A stretch of 64,000 nt of DNA, taken from assembly GCA_029261035.1 (NCBI GenBank), contig JAJDCD010000023.1:38501-102500 (forward strand). The letters run 5' to 3'. The notes under the pieces were generated by a model. That model worked only from the letters and a program-made list of their open reading frames with translations. It was not told the origin of the DNA and made no database searches. The translations under genes were made by a program, and so were the position numbers. This DNA is from Candidatus Omnitrophota bacterium (lineage in GTDB: Bacteria; Omnitrophota; Omnitrophia; Omnitrophales; JACROU01). Positions 38,091 through 47,660 of the stretch are shown here, one piece after another; position 1 is the stretch's first letter; the number at the start of each line of letters is the position of its first letter.

Positions 38091-38441
38091 ATGAATCTTC
38101 AATTAAAAACTGTTTATGCTAAACCTTCAGAAAATGATGGAATTCGTCTATGGACTGAGGCTTTGTGGCCTAATGAAGTGGATACCCGAAATATGCATTT
38201 GGATCGCTGGATTAAAGAATTGGCACCCTCTTTTGATATAACAGAACTCTATAGAAGAGGAGAAATTGATCGTCAAGGTTTTAAAGAAGCTTATTGGGAT
38301 GAGTTGGCTCAGAAGGATAAACAAACTCAGATCCAGTACATCAAAAACAAACAAGAAGAGCACACCATTACGTTGCTTTATTCCTCAAAAAATGAACAAA
38401 ATTCTATAGCCTCTTATCTAAAAGAATTCCTCGAAAAATAG
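38091..38441 (+). CDS. DUF488/YeaO-like protein
   Basis: VY...DGIR...LWP...W-x-KELAPS...ITLLYS pattern; start set at ATG 38091 behind aagga. Confidence 0.75.
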   Translation: MNLQLKTVYAKPSENDGIRLWTEALWPNEVDTRNMHLDRWIKELAPSFDITELYRRGEIDRQGFKEAYWDELAQKDKQTQIQYIKNKQEEHTITLLYSSKNEQNSIASYLKEFLEK

Positions 38442-38759
38442 CCTTTTTTCCTTCTAAATAGCTCTTTTTTTATTCGTATTTACCTATAAAAAATAAAGTT
38501 ATCAACAGTCTGCTTTTCTTGGAAAGTATCTGTGGTTTTGAACCGATAACTATATATACGTTAGGAACTGAAAGTTGATTTTAGGCAATTACATGTCATA
38601 ATTGAATAAAGATCAAACTAAACCAGTCAAAGAATACGTAGATTATAATAGAGTATGAATTGGGAGATTCATACGACCCTATCTTAGACAATTTTGAAGA
38701 TAGGCATCTAATCCGGAATAAAGCCGGTACTAGCTATGCGATGAAGGGAGGACACTAAA

Positions 38760-38969
38760 ATGCTTACTAAAACTAAAGAACAAATCATGGTGGAAATCAA
38801 CGATATTTCCAAGAGAATGTGTCATCCTCTAAAGACGACGGCTTTGAAGTATTTAAAAGAAGCCATTGAGGAAGAGCGTTTCGAGATGTGTCAACAAATC
38901 ATACAAGTGGCTAAAGAATTTGGTGCCGATCGATGGGAAATTAAAAACAGTCTCATTCTGAGGAGTTAA
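38760..38969 (+). CDS. Small hypothetical protein (69 aa) with UVR-like A-x-x-E-E-x-F-E motif
   Basis: Strong SD gggagg; EAIEEERFEMC. Confidence 0.65.
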   Translation: MLTKTKEQIMVEINDISKRMCHPLKTTALKYLKEAIEEERFEMCQQIIQVAKEFGADRWEIKNSLILRS

Positions 38970-39018
38970 AACTCCTTTAAAATTAGGCCATAGATCAGAG
39001 CTGATTACAGCTCCTGGT

Positions 39019-40665
39019 TTATGGCCTTTTTTTTAGATTTCTTTTTCCTAGTATTCCAAGAATAATAACAAATGCTAAGTCGGCAATAACGAATGTGCTT
39101 ACCGTCCCCACACCGCCGCCTCCAAATCCGTAGCTATGCAGTCCTGCAGACAAAACATAATTAACCCCATACCAAGCCATTAAAATTCCTAAAAAACAAA
39201 CAACAGAGCTCACCGCCAAACCAAAATGTCCGATCCAGTTGATGAGACGTGCGTGTAGAACAATCAGATAAAAGATAAGTGCAATGAGTGCCCATGTTTC
39301 TTTTGGATCCCATCCCCAAAAACGTCCCCAAGAGTAATGCGCCCAAACGCCGCCTAAAATGGTTCCTGTAGCGAGAAGAATAATTCCGATTTGAATGCAT
39401 CGATAAATAAAATACCCTAAGCTTTCGATTAAATTTTTGTTACCCGGTTTGAATGCATATGTGATGAGTTGAATATGACCCACGGCCATGGCAAGGGCGA
39501 GGACGCCATAGCTGAGCGTGATTGTAAGGACATGAATTGTAAGCCAATAGTTACTTCTTAATACGGGCACTAGAGGAGTAATGCTTGGGTCTAAATAAGC
39601 AGGTAGATTGTCACACAGAATGAGCCCTAACCCTGCAACAGCACTCGCTCCAATCCAAACTGTTTTAGATCGATTAAACAGATAAATAAGAAAACAAAAT
39701 CCTATTGAGGCCCAAGAAACCCAGATGACAGACTCATACATATTGCTGACAGGTGGACGTCCTGCAATCAAACAACGGAGCAGGATTCCATAGGTTTGCA
39801 GTAAGAAGCCCACTACCAAAGAAACGGTTCCTAGTAAAGAAAGAGCTCTAAGAGACTTGAACGAGCCAAGAGAAAACATAAAAAAACTAAAAAGGTAAAG
39901 AACCCACGTCCAACGAAAAGGACGAAGGTCATTGTATTGAACTTCTAAAGGATAAGGGTTGATGCCTTTATATGAATTTAGAGCATTGATGTAAAAAGGG
40001 TTTGCTTCTGAAATAGCACGAATTGCTTTTAAAGAGGAGGCTAGCTTTTCTGAGTTGTTCTCTTTATAAGCGGTGAAAAAATCAGCGTAAGGTTCTTGAT
40101 AGCTGGATAAAGATTGAGTTTTTGAAATTTGATTTATAGGCAGCCAATTTTTAGACGTATCTTGAGGGGGAATTAAATTCCAGGTTAGCCCTTGGCTTGC
40201 AGCATAAAAAAAATTCATACGATTATAGAGTTCAATCTCTTTCTTTTCTAAGAAGGTGAGCTCTTCGTCTGCTGATTGTCTTTTCTTATGCTTCATTACC
40301 TTTTGCATAAAAAGATTGTTTGAAGCGACGGACTCAGGGCTGACTGTTTTAGTCTTGGCATTGAGGCCGAGAGAAAGAGCTAACTCTTTGGTTGAGATTG
40401 GCAAGAAAGCCTTTTGTTGCCAATCATTTCCATTAGTAATCCACTGCATTAAAATATGAGATGCGTCCTGACCCTTAATGGATTCTTTGCCAGCGGTGAC
40501 AATTAGAGTTTCTTTAGCGAAACTGGAAAAAGGTTTTATGCGGCCGCTATGTTGCATAGGCATTTTCTTTAACTCAGATAAATTAATAGAGGATGTTTCG
40601 GCGAGGCATGGGGATATTAAAAAGGCGCTTATAATTAAACTCAAATAGATTATTTTAAATTTCAT
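39019..40665 (-). CDS. ccsA: Cytochrome c biogenesis protein CcsA/ResC (system II)
   Basis: WAHYSWGRFWGWDPKETW WWD domain, WLTIHV, GLHSYG; start set at ATG 40665 behind aaagga. Confidence 0.93.
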   Translation of the reverse strand: MKFKIIYLSLIISAFLISPCLAETSSINLSELKKMPMQHSGRIKPFSSFAKETLIVTAGKESIKGQDASHILMQWITNGNDWQQKAFLPISTKELALSLGLNAKTKTVSPESVASNNLFMQKVMKHKKRQSADEELTFLEKKEIELYNRMNFFYAASQGLTWNLIPPQDTSKNWLPINQISKTQSLSSYQEPYADFFTAYKENNSEKLASSLKAIRAISEANPFYINALNSYKGINPYPLEVQYNDLRPFRWTWVLYLFSFFMFSLGSFKSLRALSLLGTVSLVVGFLLQTYGILLRCLIAGRPPVSNMYESVIWVSWASIGFCFLIYLFNRSKTVWIGASAVAGLGLILCDNLPAYLDPSITPLVPVLRSNYWLTIHVLTITLSYGVLALAMAVGHIQLITYAFKPGNKNLIESLGYFIYRCIQIGIILLATGTILGGVWAHYSWGRFWGWDPKETWALIALIFYLIVLHARLINWIGHFGLAVSSVVCFLGILMAWYGVNYVLSAGLHSYGFGGGGVGTVSTFVIADLAFVIILGILGKRNLKKRP

Positions 40666-40737
40666 GATGGTTCCTTTCATTATTAACAAAGGGTATTCCT
40701 TATCCTTCTTTAGAGGAGGGAAGGAATAAAATTTTAT

Positions 40738-42495
40738 CTATTTTCCAACTTCCGTATCTTCAAATAAAGGTTTTGGATTGGAGTATTTTTTTGTGAAGAA
40801 AATTAAAATAATACCAATCACCATAATGATCGAGCCTGCGTATTTTAGAGGGATTCCGATGTCTTTGCTGACAGTAAAAATAGAAATATCCGGTTTTCCT
40901 TCTTTGCCTAATTGATATCCGGATTGGTAGATGCGATATCCTTTGTGAATTAAAGGCTCATTCATGCTAATTAAGACTTCCTTAAACAAGCCTTCTTCAG
41001 GGTCTTTTAATAGAACTTTACTTTTAAACTCAGCAGGCTTGTTTGTGCCTTGATAATATTCCACTATAAAATCTTTAAGCTCAATCTCAAAACCCAGGGG
41101 TTGGTTCAGAGATCCTTGCGAAATGCGATAATGGTGATTGTCTAACGCAACAATCGTTTTGACGGCATGAGAGAACCATTGTTCTTTTGTGTCATTTCCT
41201 CTACGAAACTCAAAGAGAGCTGCAGGCTGAGCTCTCTTTCCACCAGAGGGAATAGGCCTTTGGGCATAGGAGGAAGAGAGGAATCCTGAGGGCTCATAGC
41301 GATCGATAATAAACTGCAAGCTCATCCAACCTGTATTATATTCTGTATTCAGAATCATAGGCTGTATTTCAGAAATTCCATTTTTAGATTTAATTTGATA
41401 GCTTAAACTTTTGTCTTCATTCACAATAATTCGAAGTTCATTAGAAGGTTTAGATGCGTCTGAAGCATTTGTGGTAAATGAAACTTTAAAACCGGACTTG
41501 TTGGTTTGTTTTCCATGAAGAGTTGTGAAGTTAGGAAAAAGAGAAAAAACGGTGTGTTTTTCTTCAACGTTGTTTCCACTAATTAAAATCTCACAAGCGG
41601 GGTTCGTAGGGTTTTCGGATTTAGTAATTAATTTGCCGTCTTCAACAATTGCATGTGGAAGGAATCGTAAGACTTGGACTTCGAAACCAGTGTCCTTTAA
41701 TGGAATTTTTCGTTGGAGAGCTTCTTCTAATGGAATTTTAATTTCCACACCCTCTTTTTGAAATAGAAGAATACCTTTGGATGAAGATCCGGGGCCTTCA
41801 GTTATGGGTTGAGTCGAAAGGCTTATTTGAGCAGGCCCTAAATTAAGGAACGCGTCTTTGTTGTTCAGACTGAGAAACCCTTCTGTTTGTGTAAAATTAT
41901 TATAAAGTGAAATATGAATAGAAGGTTCCCCATTTTCCTGTTTTGAAATAGATTGAACGGGTTGTGCATGAGGAAAATATTTTTTAAGAGAAATACTTAA
42001 ATCAGCTGTTTGGCCAAAGATAGCCAAAGGATCATTTCCTTCCCAAATAAAAGGTTTGGTTGGAATGGGTGCAATTGCTTGCGACTTTATTTCTGCATTT
42101 TGGATAAAGAGGAGAGGTTCGTCTAATATAATTCGATTAGTTTTTTCTCCCTCAGATAAAGCAATGTTCGCGTCCACCATGGTTCGTGCTGTTAATAAAG
42201 AACCGAAAAGAATAAGGATAATTCCTAAGTGTGTGATAAGAAAGCCAACGTGGTTTTTCCTCCAAGGAAGGCGGGTGAAGGGAACTAGAGTAACATTAAG
42301 ACCGATGAGAAGAAGTAGAATCACAAACCATAAACTAAAATAAACTACTTGTTGAGCTGCTTTAGCTCCGTGAAGAGATTCTATGATGGTTCCAGCAGCG
42401 AGAGAAATAGCCAAGGAACTTAACAGAACAATGGCTAGCTGTTGAGAAGCAAGGCTTTTGAAGATAGTATTACAAATTTTAAAAAGGGTATTCAT
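40738..42495 (-). CDS. resB: Cytochrome c biogenesis protein ResB/CcsB
   Basis: N-terminal TMs with THLG, ISMNEPL...GYRIYQS, C-terminal TM; adjacent to ccsA. Confidence 0.88.
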   Translation of the reverse strand: MNTLFKICNTIFKSLASQQLAIVLLSSLAISLAAGTIIESLHGAKAAQQVVYFSLWFVILLLLIGLNVTLVPFTRLPWRKNHVGFLITHLGIILILFGSLLTARTMVDANIALSEGEKTNRIILDEPLLFIQNAEIKSQAIAPIPTKPFIWEGNDPLAIFGQTADLSISLKKYFPHAQPVQSISKQENGEPSIHISLYNNFTQTEGFLSLNNKDAFLNLGPAQISLSTQPITEGPGSSSKGILLFQKEGVEIKIPLEEALQRKIPLKDTGFEVQVLRFLPHAIVEDGKLITKSENPTNPACEILISGNNVEEKHTVFSLFPNFTTLHGKQTNKSGFKVSFTTNASDASKPSNELRIIVNEDKSLSYQIKSKNGISEIQPMILNTEYNTGWMSLQFIIDRYEPSGFLSSSYAQRPIPSGGKRAQPAALFEFRRGNDTKEQWFSHAVKTIVALDNHHYRISQGSLNQPLGFEIELKDFIVEYYQGTNKPAEFKSKVLLKDPEEGLFKEVLISMNEPLIHKGYRIYQSGYQLGKEGKPDISIFTVSKDIGIPLKYAGSIIMVIGIILIFFTKKYSNPKPLFEDTEVGK

Positions 42496-42647
42496 TGGCT
42501 TAAAACCTCTTAGGTAAGCCAACCATTTTATAGCAAAAAAAGACGACTGTCATCTATCCCGCAACAATAAAGCAAGATAGTTTCAAAATAAGCCGAATCT
42601 TTCATTTTTTAAGGGTAGAGAGATGTTTTTCGCTTCACAGCAGGCTG

Positions 42648-43049
42648 TTATGCTTTTGTTGCCCAATCCCCATTTTCGAGTTGTATTTTGTGCCCTTTAC
42701 TGGCTTTTGTTCTTTGAGTTTCAGCAAAGACTTTTTCGACGGTGGAAATTTCGCTTAGAGGGAGTTTGTTCTGTTTCAGAATAGCTTCATAGATAGTTCT
42801 TCGATCTTGATTTTCAGCACTGGCAACTTCATTCACTTTGTCGTCTCCGTTAAAGTAAATCACGTAACCTTTGTTGCCCTCACCAATTTTTTCTTGGCTC
42901 ATCAATGTTTCTAATTGGCTGAAACGAGAGCGTCTATCATCAAGAGCTTTCTTGATTTCAGGAGTTATTTTTTTTAAGTCATAACTACCTGCATATACAA
43001 GAGGTGTAACTAAAATAAGAGTGAGTATAAAGAATAATATTTTTTTCAT
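42648..43049 (-). CDS. YdbL-like (DUF1318) exported protein
   Basis: Signal peptide, IGEGNKGY, ENQDRRTIY, NGDW end. Confidence 0.85.
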   Translation of the reverse strand: MKKILFFILTLILVTPLVYAGSYDLKKITPEIKKALDDRRSRFSQLETLMSQEKIGEGNKGYVIYFNGDDKVNEVASAENQDRRTIYEAILKQNKLPLSEISTVEKVFAETQRTKASKGHKIQLENGDWATKA

Positions 43050-43066
43050 TGTCTGTACCTCTGTTT

Positions 43067-43312
43067 TTAAATTGTTTCAGTATTACCGCTGACATAATCT
43101 TCAATTGAATCAGCAGTTTGTTTTAATTCTCGAATATCAACAATTACGTGAGCCTTGATGGTGATAGGGCGATTAGGATCTCCAACGGCTTTCACGGTAC
43201 AACTTTGAAAGAGGGGGGTGGTAAGTAAAATAAGCAAACTCAGCAAAGCAAAGAAAGAATTTCTTTTTTGCATATGCTTTATTGAGAAACTTGAAACCCT
43301 CTTAATTTCCAT
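43067..43312 (-). CDS. YnbE-like small lipoprotein
   Basis: Lipobox-like LFQSC followed by PITIKAHVIVDI; between ydbH-like and ydbL-like genes; true start may be 43273. Confidence 0.65.
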   Translation of the reverse strand: MEIKRVSSFSIKHMQKRNSFFALLSLLILLTTPLFQSCTVKAVGDPNRPITIKAHVIVDIRELKQTADSIEDYVSGNTETI

Positions 43313-44372
43313 TTTCTAATCTCCTTAAGACCTTCAGTATTTTGTTTAGATAATTGTCGAGAATCTCTTGATCAAAATTAATGTCTACAAGCACCTCTAT
43401 GTCTAAATTGAGTTTCTTGCTGATAAAGGTAATCTTTGCTTGAAAAGACTTTTCATCTTTATTCTTAAGCAAAATGATGAACTTGTCAAATGGAACTCTG
43501 TTTTTTTCACTCAGCAAACTTTCTATCTTTGTCTTATCGGCATTAGACGGTAATTTGTCCAACAATATTCGAACGACTTCGGAGTTTATTTCTCCAAGGG
43601 TAATGGAGTGGGTGTTCCCCTCTATTTGAGTGATTTTACCTTTTTCTACAACCAGATGAACATTTCCATCAAAAAAGCCTTTTGCTGGAGCGATCCACGA
43701 GATCCCAAGATCGGCAAGCCCTTGAATGTTGGCTTCATGGAGTGTTCCGTCTAATATAAGAAGTTCTTTTTCGGGCTCGAATTCAATATGAGCCGTAATT
43801 TTTCCTTCTAGAAATCGGGCGCTGACAATGTCTAGGGTTAAAGGGGTCATTTCTGAAATAACCCCTGATATTTGATCGAGTGCATATTCCTGAAATTGAA
43901 GTTTGTCTATTTGAAAAGATCCATATCCCGTAGGGATTGCCACTCGATAAGCGGGGCTCCATTGAATTTGGGCCTTTTCTATTTGAATCTCTTTAGACTC
44001 GAGATCCATATCCTCTATCCAGAGGAGAGGGCTATTTAACTGTTTGAACGGAGGAAGTTCTAACCCCGCTTCTGAAAAGCGTAATGTGTAATCGTTTTGA
44101 GGGTCTGAGAATTCAAAATGTCCCTGGGTTGACTTAAGGCCATAAACCGCAAAGCTTAGTTCGTGACCATGAAGGTCGGTTTCTTTTCTTTTATAAGGCT
44201 TGATCGTTCCAAGGGAAACCTTATTTAAAGTAATGTCCGGCAAAGCTTGTTTTGCAATCAAGGGAAGAGATATTTTTAGACCAGAAGGAGTTAAGAAGAA
44301 AAAGAAGGTGATGAGAACAAAACCGCTTAAGATCAAAAAGAGCGTTAAGAGAAGCTTAAAAAAAATTCGCAT
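43302..44372 (-). CDS. YdbH/AsmA-like membrane-anchored beta-rich protein
   Basis: Single N-terminal TM, beta-strand-like periodicity, synteny with ynbE/ydbL-like genes. Confidence 0.55.
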   Translation of the reverse strand: MRIFFKLLLTLFLILSGFVLITFFFFLTPSGLKISLPLIAKQALPDITLNKVSLGTIKPYKRKETDLHGHELSFAVYGLKSTQGHFEFSDPQNDYTLRFSEAGLELPPFKQLNSPLLWIEDMDLESKEIQIEKAQIQWSPAYRVAIPTGYGSFQIDKLQFQEYALDQISGVISEMTPLTLDIVSARFLEGKITAHIEFEPEKELLILDGTLHEANIQGLADLGISWIAPAKGFFDGNVHLVVEKGKITQIEGNTHSITLGEINSEVVRILLDKLPSNADKTKIESLLSEKNRVPFDKFIILLKNKDEKSFQAKITFISKKLNLDIEVLVDINFDQEILDNYLNKILKVLRRLENGN

Positions 44373-44376
44373 GCAT

Positions 44377-44811
44377 TCAACTTTTTTGTTGAGAGTTTTC
44401 TAGTTTGCTTTTCTCTGAATTAATTTTTGCATTAGGATTATAGGTTAATGTGTTGTTTGGCCCTTCCCAAACAGTAATGTCCTGAAGTGTTGCTCCCTTC
44501 AATAGTTCGGGTTGGTTTAATTCGTTATAAAACCAAATAGCAATATTTTCAGATGTAGGGCTTATCTTGTCGAACGGAGCTATGATGTTGAAGAAGTTAT
44601 GATCAAAGCGTGATGAGAGCTCTTTCAATTTTGTTTCAATTTTAACGAAATCAACGCTAATGTCTTCGTGGTCTAAATTATTTGAAGTCAAACGAGCTTC
44701 GACACACCAGCTGTGTCCATGAATAGGTTCAGGCTCTCCATAATAGGCTGTTAAATTATGGGCGGCTTCGAAACGCGTCTCTACTTTGATCGTGTATACA
44801 GAATCTGTCAT
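44377..44811 (-). CDS. queD: 6-carboxytetrahydropterin synthase
   Basis: FEAAH, IHGHSW, VDF, FDH, PTSENIA, VWE; the usual Cys before HGH is not evident. Confidence 0.85.
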   Translation of the reverse strand: MTDSVYTIKVETRFEAAHNLTAYYGEPEPIHGHSWCVEARLTSNNLDHEDISVDFVKIETKLKELSSRFDHNFFNIIAPFDKISPTSENIAIWFYNELNQPELLKGATLQDITVWEGPNNTLTYNPNAKINSEKSKLENSQQKS

Positions 44812-44886
44812 AATTTGAAAGGTCCTTTTTCTAAGCAATATTTGAGAATTATTGTAACATAGAGGGGATAAGGGCGATAGAGGAGC

Positions 44887-45040
44887 GTAGAAAAACAGTT
44901 TCTCCGGCGCTCAGACAGCACAAAAATAACCCGCGATTTTTGTGAACTCGCGGCGGAGAAACTGTTTTTCTACTTAGGGGCTATCGCTGGGGTGGTGGGG
45001 GTGTGAGCAAAGAGTCTTAACGTCGAGTAAGACTCTTTGC
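44887..45040 (+). ncRNA. Candidate structured RNA/ssDNA element, copy 3, with companion CRTCGAG hairpin
   Basis: Invariant core in a perfect 19-bp stem (44887-44973); 13-bp hairpin 45007-45040. Confidence 0.55.
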
Positions 45041-45116
45041 AAGAGATCCTTTGTAGTTTCTCTTAATTGTCATCCCCGTGAACGGGGATGCTTTCTATTT
45101 AAAAGGAGGGTTTATT

Positions 45117-45428
45117 ATGGTTACGGTTGATTTTAGTGCTTTTCCAGTTGGGAAGGGCGAACATGTATCTAAGCAGGTTGCGAAGTCTTTGGATATTATT
45201 GATAAGAGTAAACTAAATTATCAGTTCGGTCCTATGGGAACGACTATAGAAGGTTCTTGGGACGAAGTGTTCAAAGTAGTTAAGAAGTGTTTTTTGGCTA
45301 TGGGTAAGGACGCGAATCGAGCTTATGGAACAATTAAGATTGATTATCAATTCAAAGATAATAAGGGGATGAAAGCTCGTGTGAGTCGTGTTGAGAAAAA
45401 GCTGGGTAGAAAGCTGAATAAGGCTTAA
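45117..45428 (+). CDS. MTH1187/YkoF-family thiamine-binding protein
   Basis: FSAFPVG, GPMGTTIEG, IKID; SD aggagg before ATG 45117. Confidence 0.88.
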   Translation: MVTVDFSAFPVGKGEHVSKQVAKSLDIIDKSKLNYQFGPMGTTIEGSWDEVFKVVKKCFLAMGKDANRAYGTIKIDYQFKDNKGMKARVSRVEKKLGRKLNKA

Positions 45429-45499
45429 AGAACAATAGAAGATGAAAGGATGTTCATTTACTAGATGTATTTTAATTAGTATAGCCTGTCCTCTGCCTA

Positions 45500-45559
45500 G
45501 GGGACACGCACTTTTGCCACAATTACTTATTCGTAATGGTTACAAAAGTCCATGTCCCC
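45500..45559 (+). repeat. ~58-bp bulged hairpin repeat, copy 3
   Basis: ggggacacgcacttttgccacaatt...aatggttacaaaagtccatgtcccc. Confidence 0.85.
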
Positions 45560-45661
45560 ATCTTCCTTTTTTTTACTTCTGGAAAAGGGCTTGCTTTTTA
45601 GGGGTAATTTTAGTAGTTTTATTCTTTTGTTTATGAGTTTTAGAGCTCGTTACATTATAGG

Positions 45662-46162
45662 ATGTCTAGGAGATCGGTTTTGGCTTTTCATTTTGTGGAT
45701 AAAATTGTGGCCTTGAAGAAGGGTGAATCTATCTCTATTTCAAGGGTTCTAAGAGAAGATGAGGAGTATCTTCAAGATCATTTTGCGAAGTTTCCAACAA
45801 TGCCAGGTGTGTTGATATTGGAATCCGCCATTCAGGCAGCCACATGGCTATTGCGATATACAGATTCTTTTAAATATTCCTTTTATACGGTTAAAGAAAT
45901 TAAAGCAGTAAAGTTTGGGCAATTTGTGAGACCTGGAGATGAGCTTCAAGTCCAGGCAGATCTCATGAAAGAGGAAGAAGGTCTTATACAATTTAAGGCC
46001 CAAGCAATACTTAATGGGGCTTCTGCTATTCGAGTTCGATTTCAGATGGAAAGACAATCTATTCAGGAAGAGAATGCTTCATTAAAATCGTTACATGAAA
46101 ACATCGTTGAGAGAGATCAAAAAAGTTTCAAAAAATTAACAGAAGAAGCAGTTTTTCAATAG
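45662..46162 (+). CDS. fabZ: FabZ-like 3-hydroxyacyl-ACP dehydratase
   Basis: FVDKI, DHFAKFPTMPGVLILES, VRPGD. Confidence 0.85.
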   Translation: MSRRSVLAFHFVDKIVALKKGESISISRVLREDEEYLQDHFAKFPTMPGVLILESAIQAATWLLRYTDSFKYSFYTVKEIKAVKFGQFVRPGDELQVQADLMKEEEGLIQFKAQAILNGASAIRVRFQMERQSIQEENASLKSLHENIVERDQKSFKKLTEEAVFQ

Positions 46163-46173
46163 GAATAATATAT

Positions 46174-46929
46174 ATGAGTCGACTTAAAGATAAAGTGGCA
46201 TTAGTTTCTGGAGGTTCTCGCGGAATTGGAGAGGCTATTGTTCGCAAGTTAGTAAGCGAAGGCGCTCATGTCGTTTTTACTTATAATACCAACAAAGAAC
46301 GTGCGGAATCCATTTGCTCTGAATTGGGGTCGGATACAAGTAAAGTAATTGCTTACCCATGTTCCTTAGAAGATAAAAGCAGTATTCAAGCGGTTGTGGA
46401 TCAAACGCTAGAGCAGTTTGAAACTTTGGATATTCTGGTTAACAATGCGGGAATTATTCGAGATGGTCTTTTCTTAGCAATGGATGACAAAGATTGGGCG
46501 GATGTGATTCAGGCAAATTTGGGTGGGACCTACTTTTTTTCTAAAGCCGTTTGTCAGCAAATGTTATTTCAAAAAAAAGGAAGAATTATAAATTTGTCTT
46601 CTGTGGTGAGTTTAATTGGAGGCATTGGTCAGGCTAATTATGCCGCTTCAAAAGGTGCTATCAATTCGATGACAAAAGCATTAGCGGCCGAGTTGTCTGG
46701 AAAAGGGATTACCGTAAATGCTGTTGCTCCTGGTTTGATCGAAACAGAAATGATTCAGAATTTAAAAAGCTTGGTAGGAGACCTTAAGAAGAAGGTCCCT
46801 TGTGGACGTTTTGGGGAGCCGAGCGAAATTGCTTCTTTGGTGGCTTTTTTAGCCTCTGATGAAGCGGCTTATATTACCGGCCAAATTATTACGATTGATG
46901 GTGGTATTAGTTTACAGTCGAGACACTAG
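46174..46929 (+). CDS. fabG: 3-oxoacyl-ACP reductase
   Basis: GGSRGIG, NNAGIIRD, GQANYAASK, NAVAPG. Confidence 0.93.
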   Translation: MSRLKDKVALVSGGSRGIGEAIVRKLVSEGAHVVFTYNTNKERAESICSELGSDTSKVIAYPCSLEDKSSIQAVVDQTLEQFETLDILVNNAGIIRDGLFLAMDDKDWADVIQANLGGTYFFSKAVCQQMLFQKKGRIINLSSVVSLIGGIGQANYAASKGAINSMTKALAAELSGKGITVNAVAPGLIETEMIQNLKSLVGDLKKKVPCGRFGEPSEIASLVAFLASDEAAYITGQIITIDGGISLQSRH

Positions 46930-47140
46930 CTTGGTAAGCGCGGTAAATGTCCTTCTGAGCAGAATAGGGACAAAGAATCCCTTGTAATAGTAAGCATTTA
47001 GCATATATCTACATATCTTTTTTATAAAGAGATGAGTCGGAAGGATAGAAGAGTTTTTTAGTTTTTAGGGCCAGATAATTTCATAGTGGCATAAATAGCT
47101 TATTTTTAGTAGTATTGAGGGTCAAAAAGGAGGCGTAAGA

Positions 47141-47542
47141 GTGGATAAAAGCAAAGATGAAATACTTCAAGGCGTAACAGATTGCCTTGTTAATGCTCTG
47201 GGTGTTGGTGAGGATGAAGTAAAGCTGGAATCTTCTTTAGTAAAGGATTTAGGAGCAGAATCCATTGATTTTCTAGATGTGGTTTTCCGGTTGGAAAAAA
47301 ACTTTGGAATTAAGATTCCTAGAGGCGATCTTTTCCCAGAAAATCTTTTAACAAACCCCGCATTTATCTCAGACGGTCGTATTACTGATTCAGGCATGCA
47401 GGAGCTTAAAACGAAGCTTCCTCATATTGATTTCTCTGAATTTGAAAAAGAACCTTTAGTTAGTAATCTTTCTGATGTATTTACGGTGGGCATGATTGTA
47501 GATTATTTATTTGGCAAATTAGCAGAAAAAACCGGAGCTTAG
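47141..47542 (+). CDS. Long acyl carrier protein with internal insertion
   Basis: DLGAESIDFLDVVFRLE phosphopantetheine site; 133 aa; SD aggagg. Confidence 0.9.
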   Translation: MDKSKDEILQGVTDCLVNALGVGEDEVKLESSLVKDLGAESIDFLDVVFRLEKNFGIKIPRGDLFPENLLTNPAFISDGRITDSGMQELKTKLPHIDFSEFEKEPLVSNLSDVFTVGMIVDYLFGKLAEKTGA

Positions 47543-47660
47543 TTCAAAGAACTGAGCTCCTTAAACCTTCTATTACCCTCAGTTTCATGACCAAAAAAAC
47601 GATTAACAAACTGTCGTTAGACAAAACACACACATTTTTTTTATTTGAGGAGATTTACCG

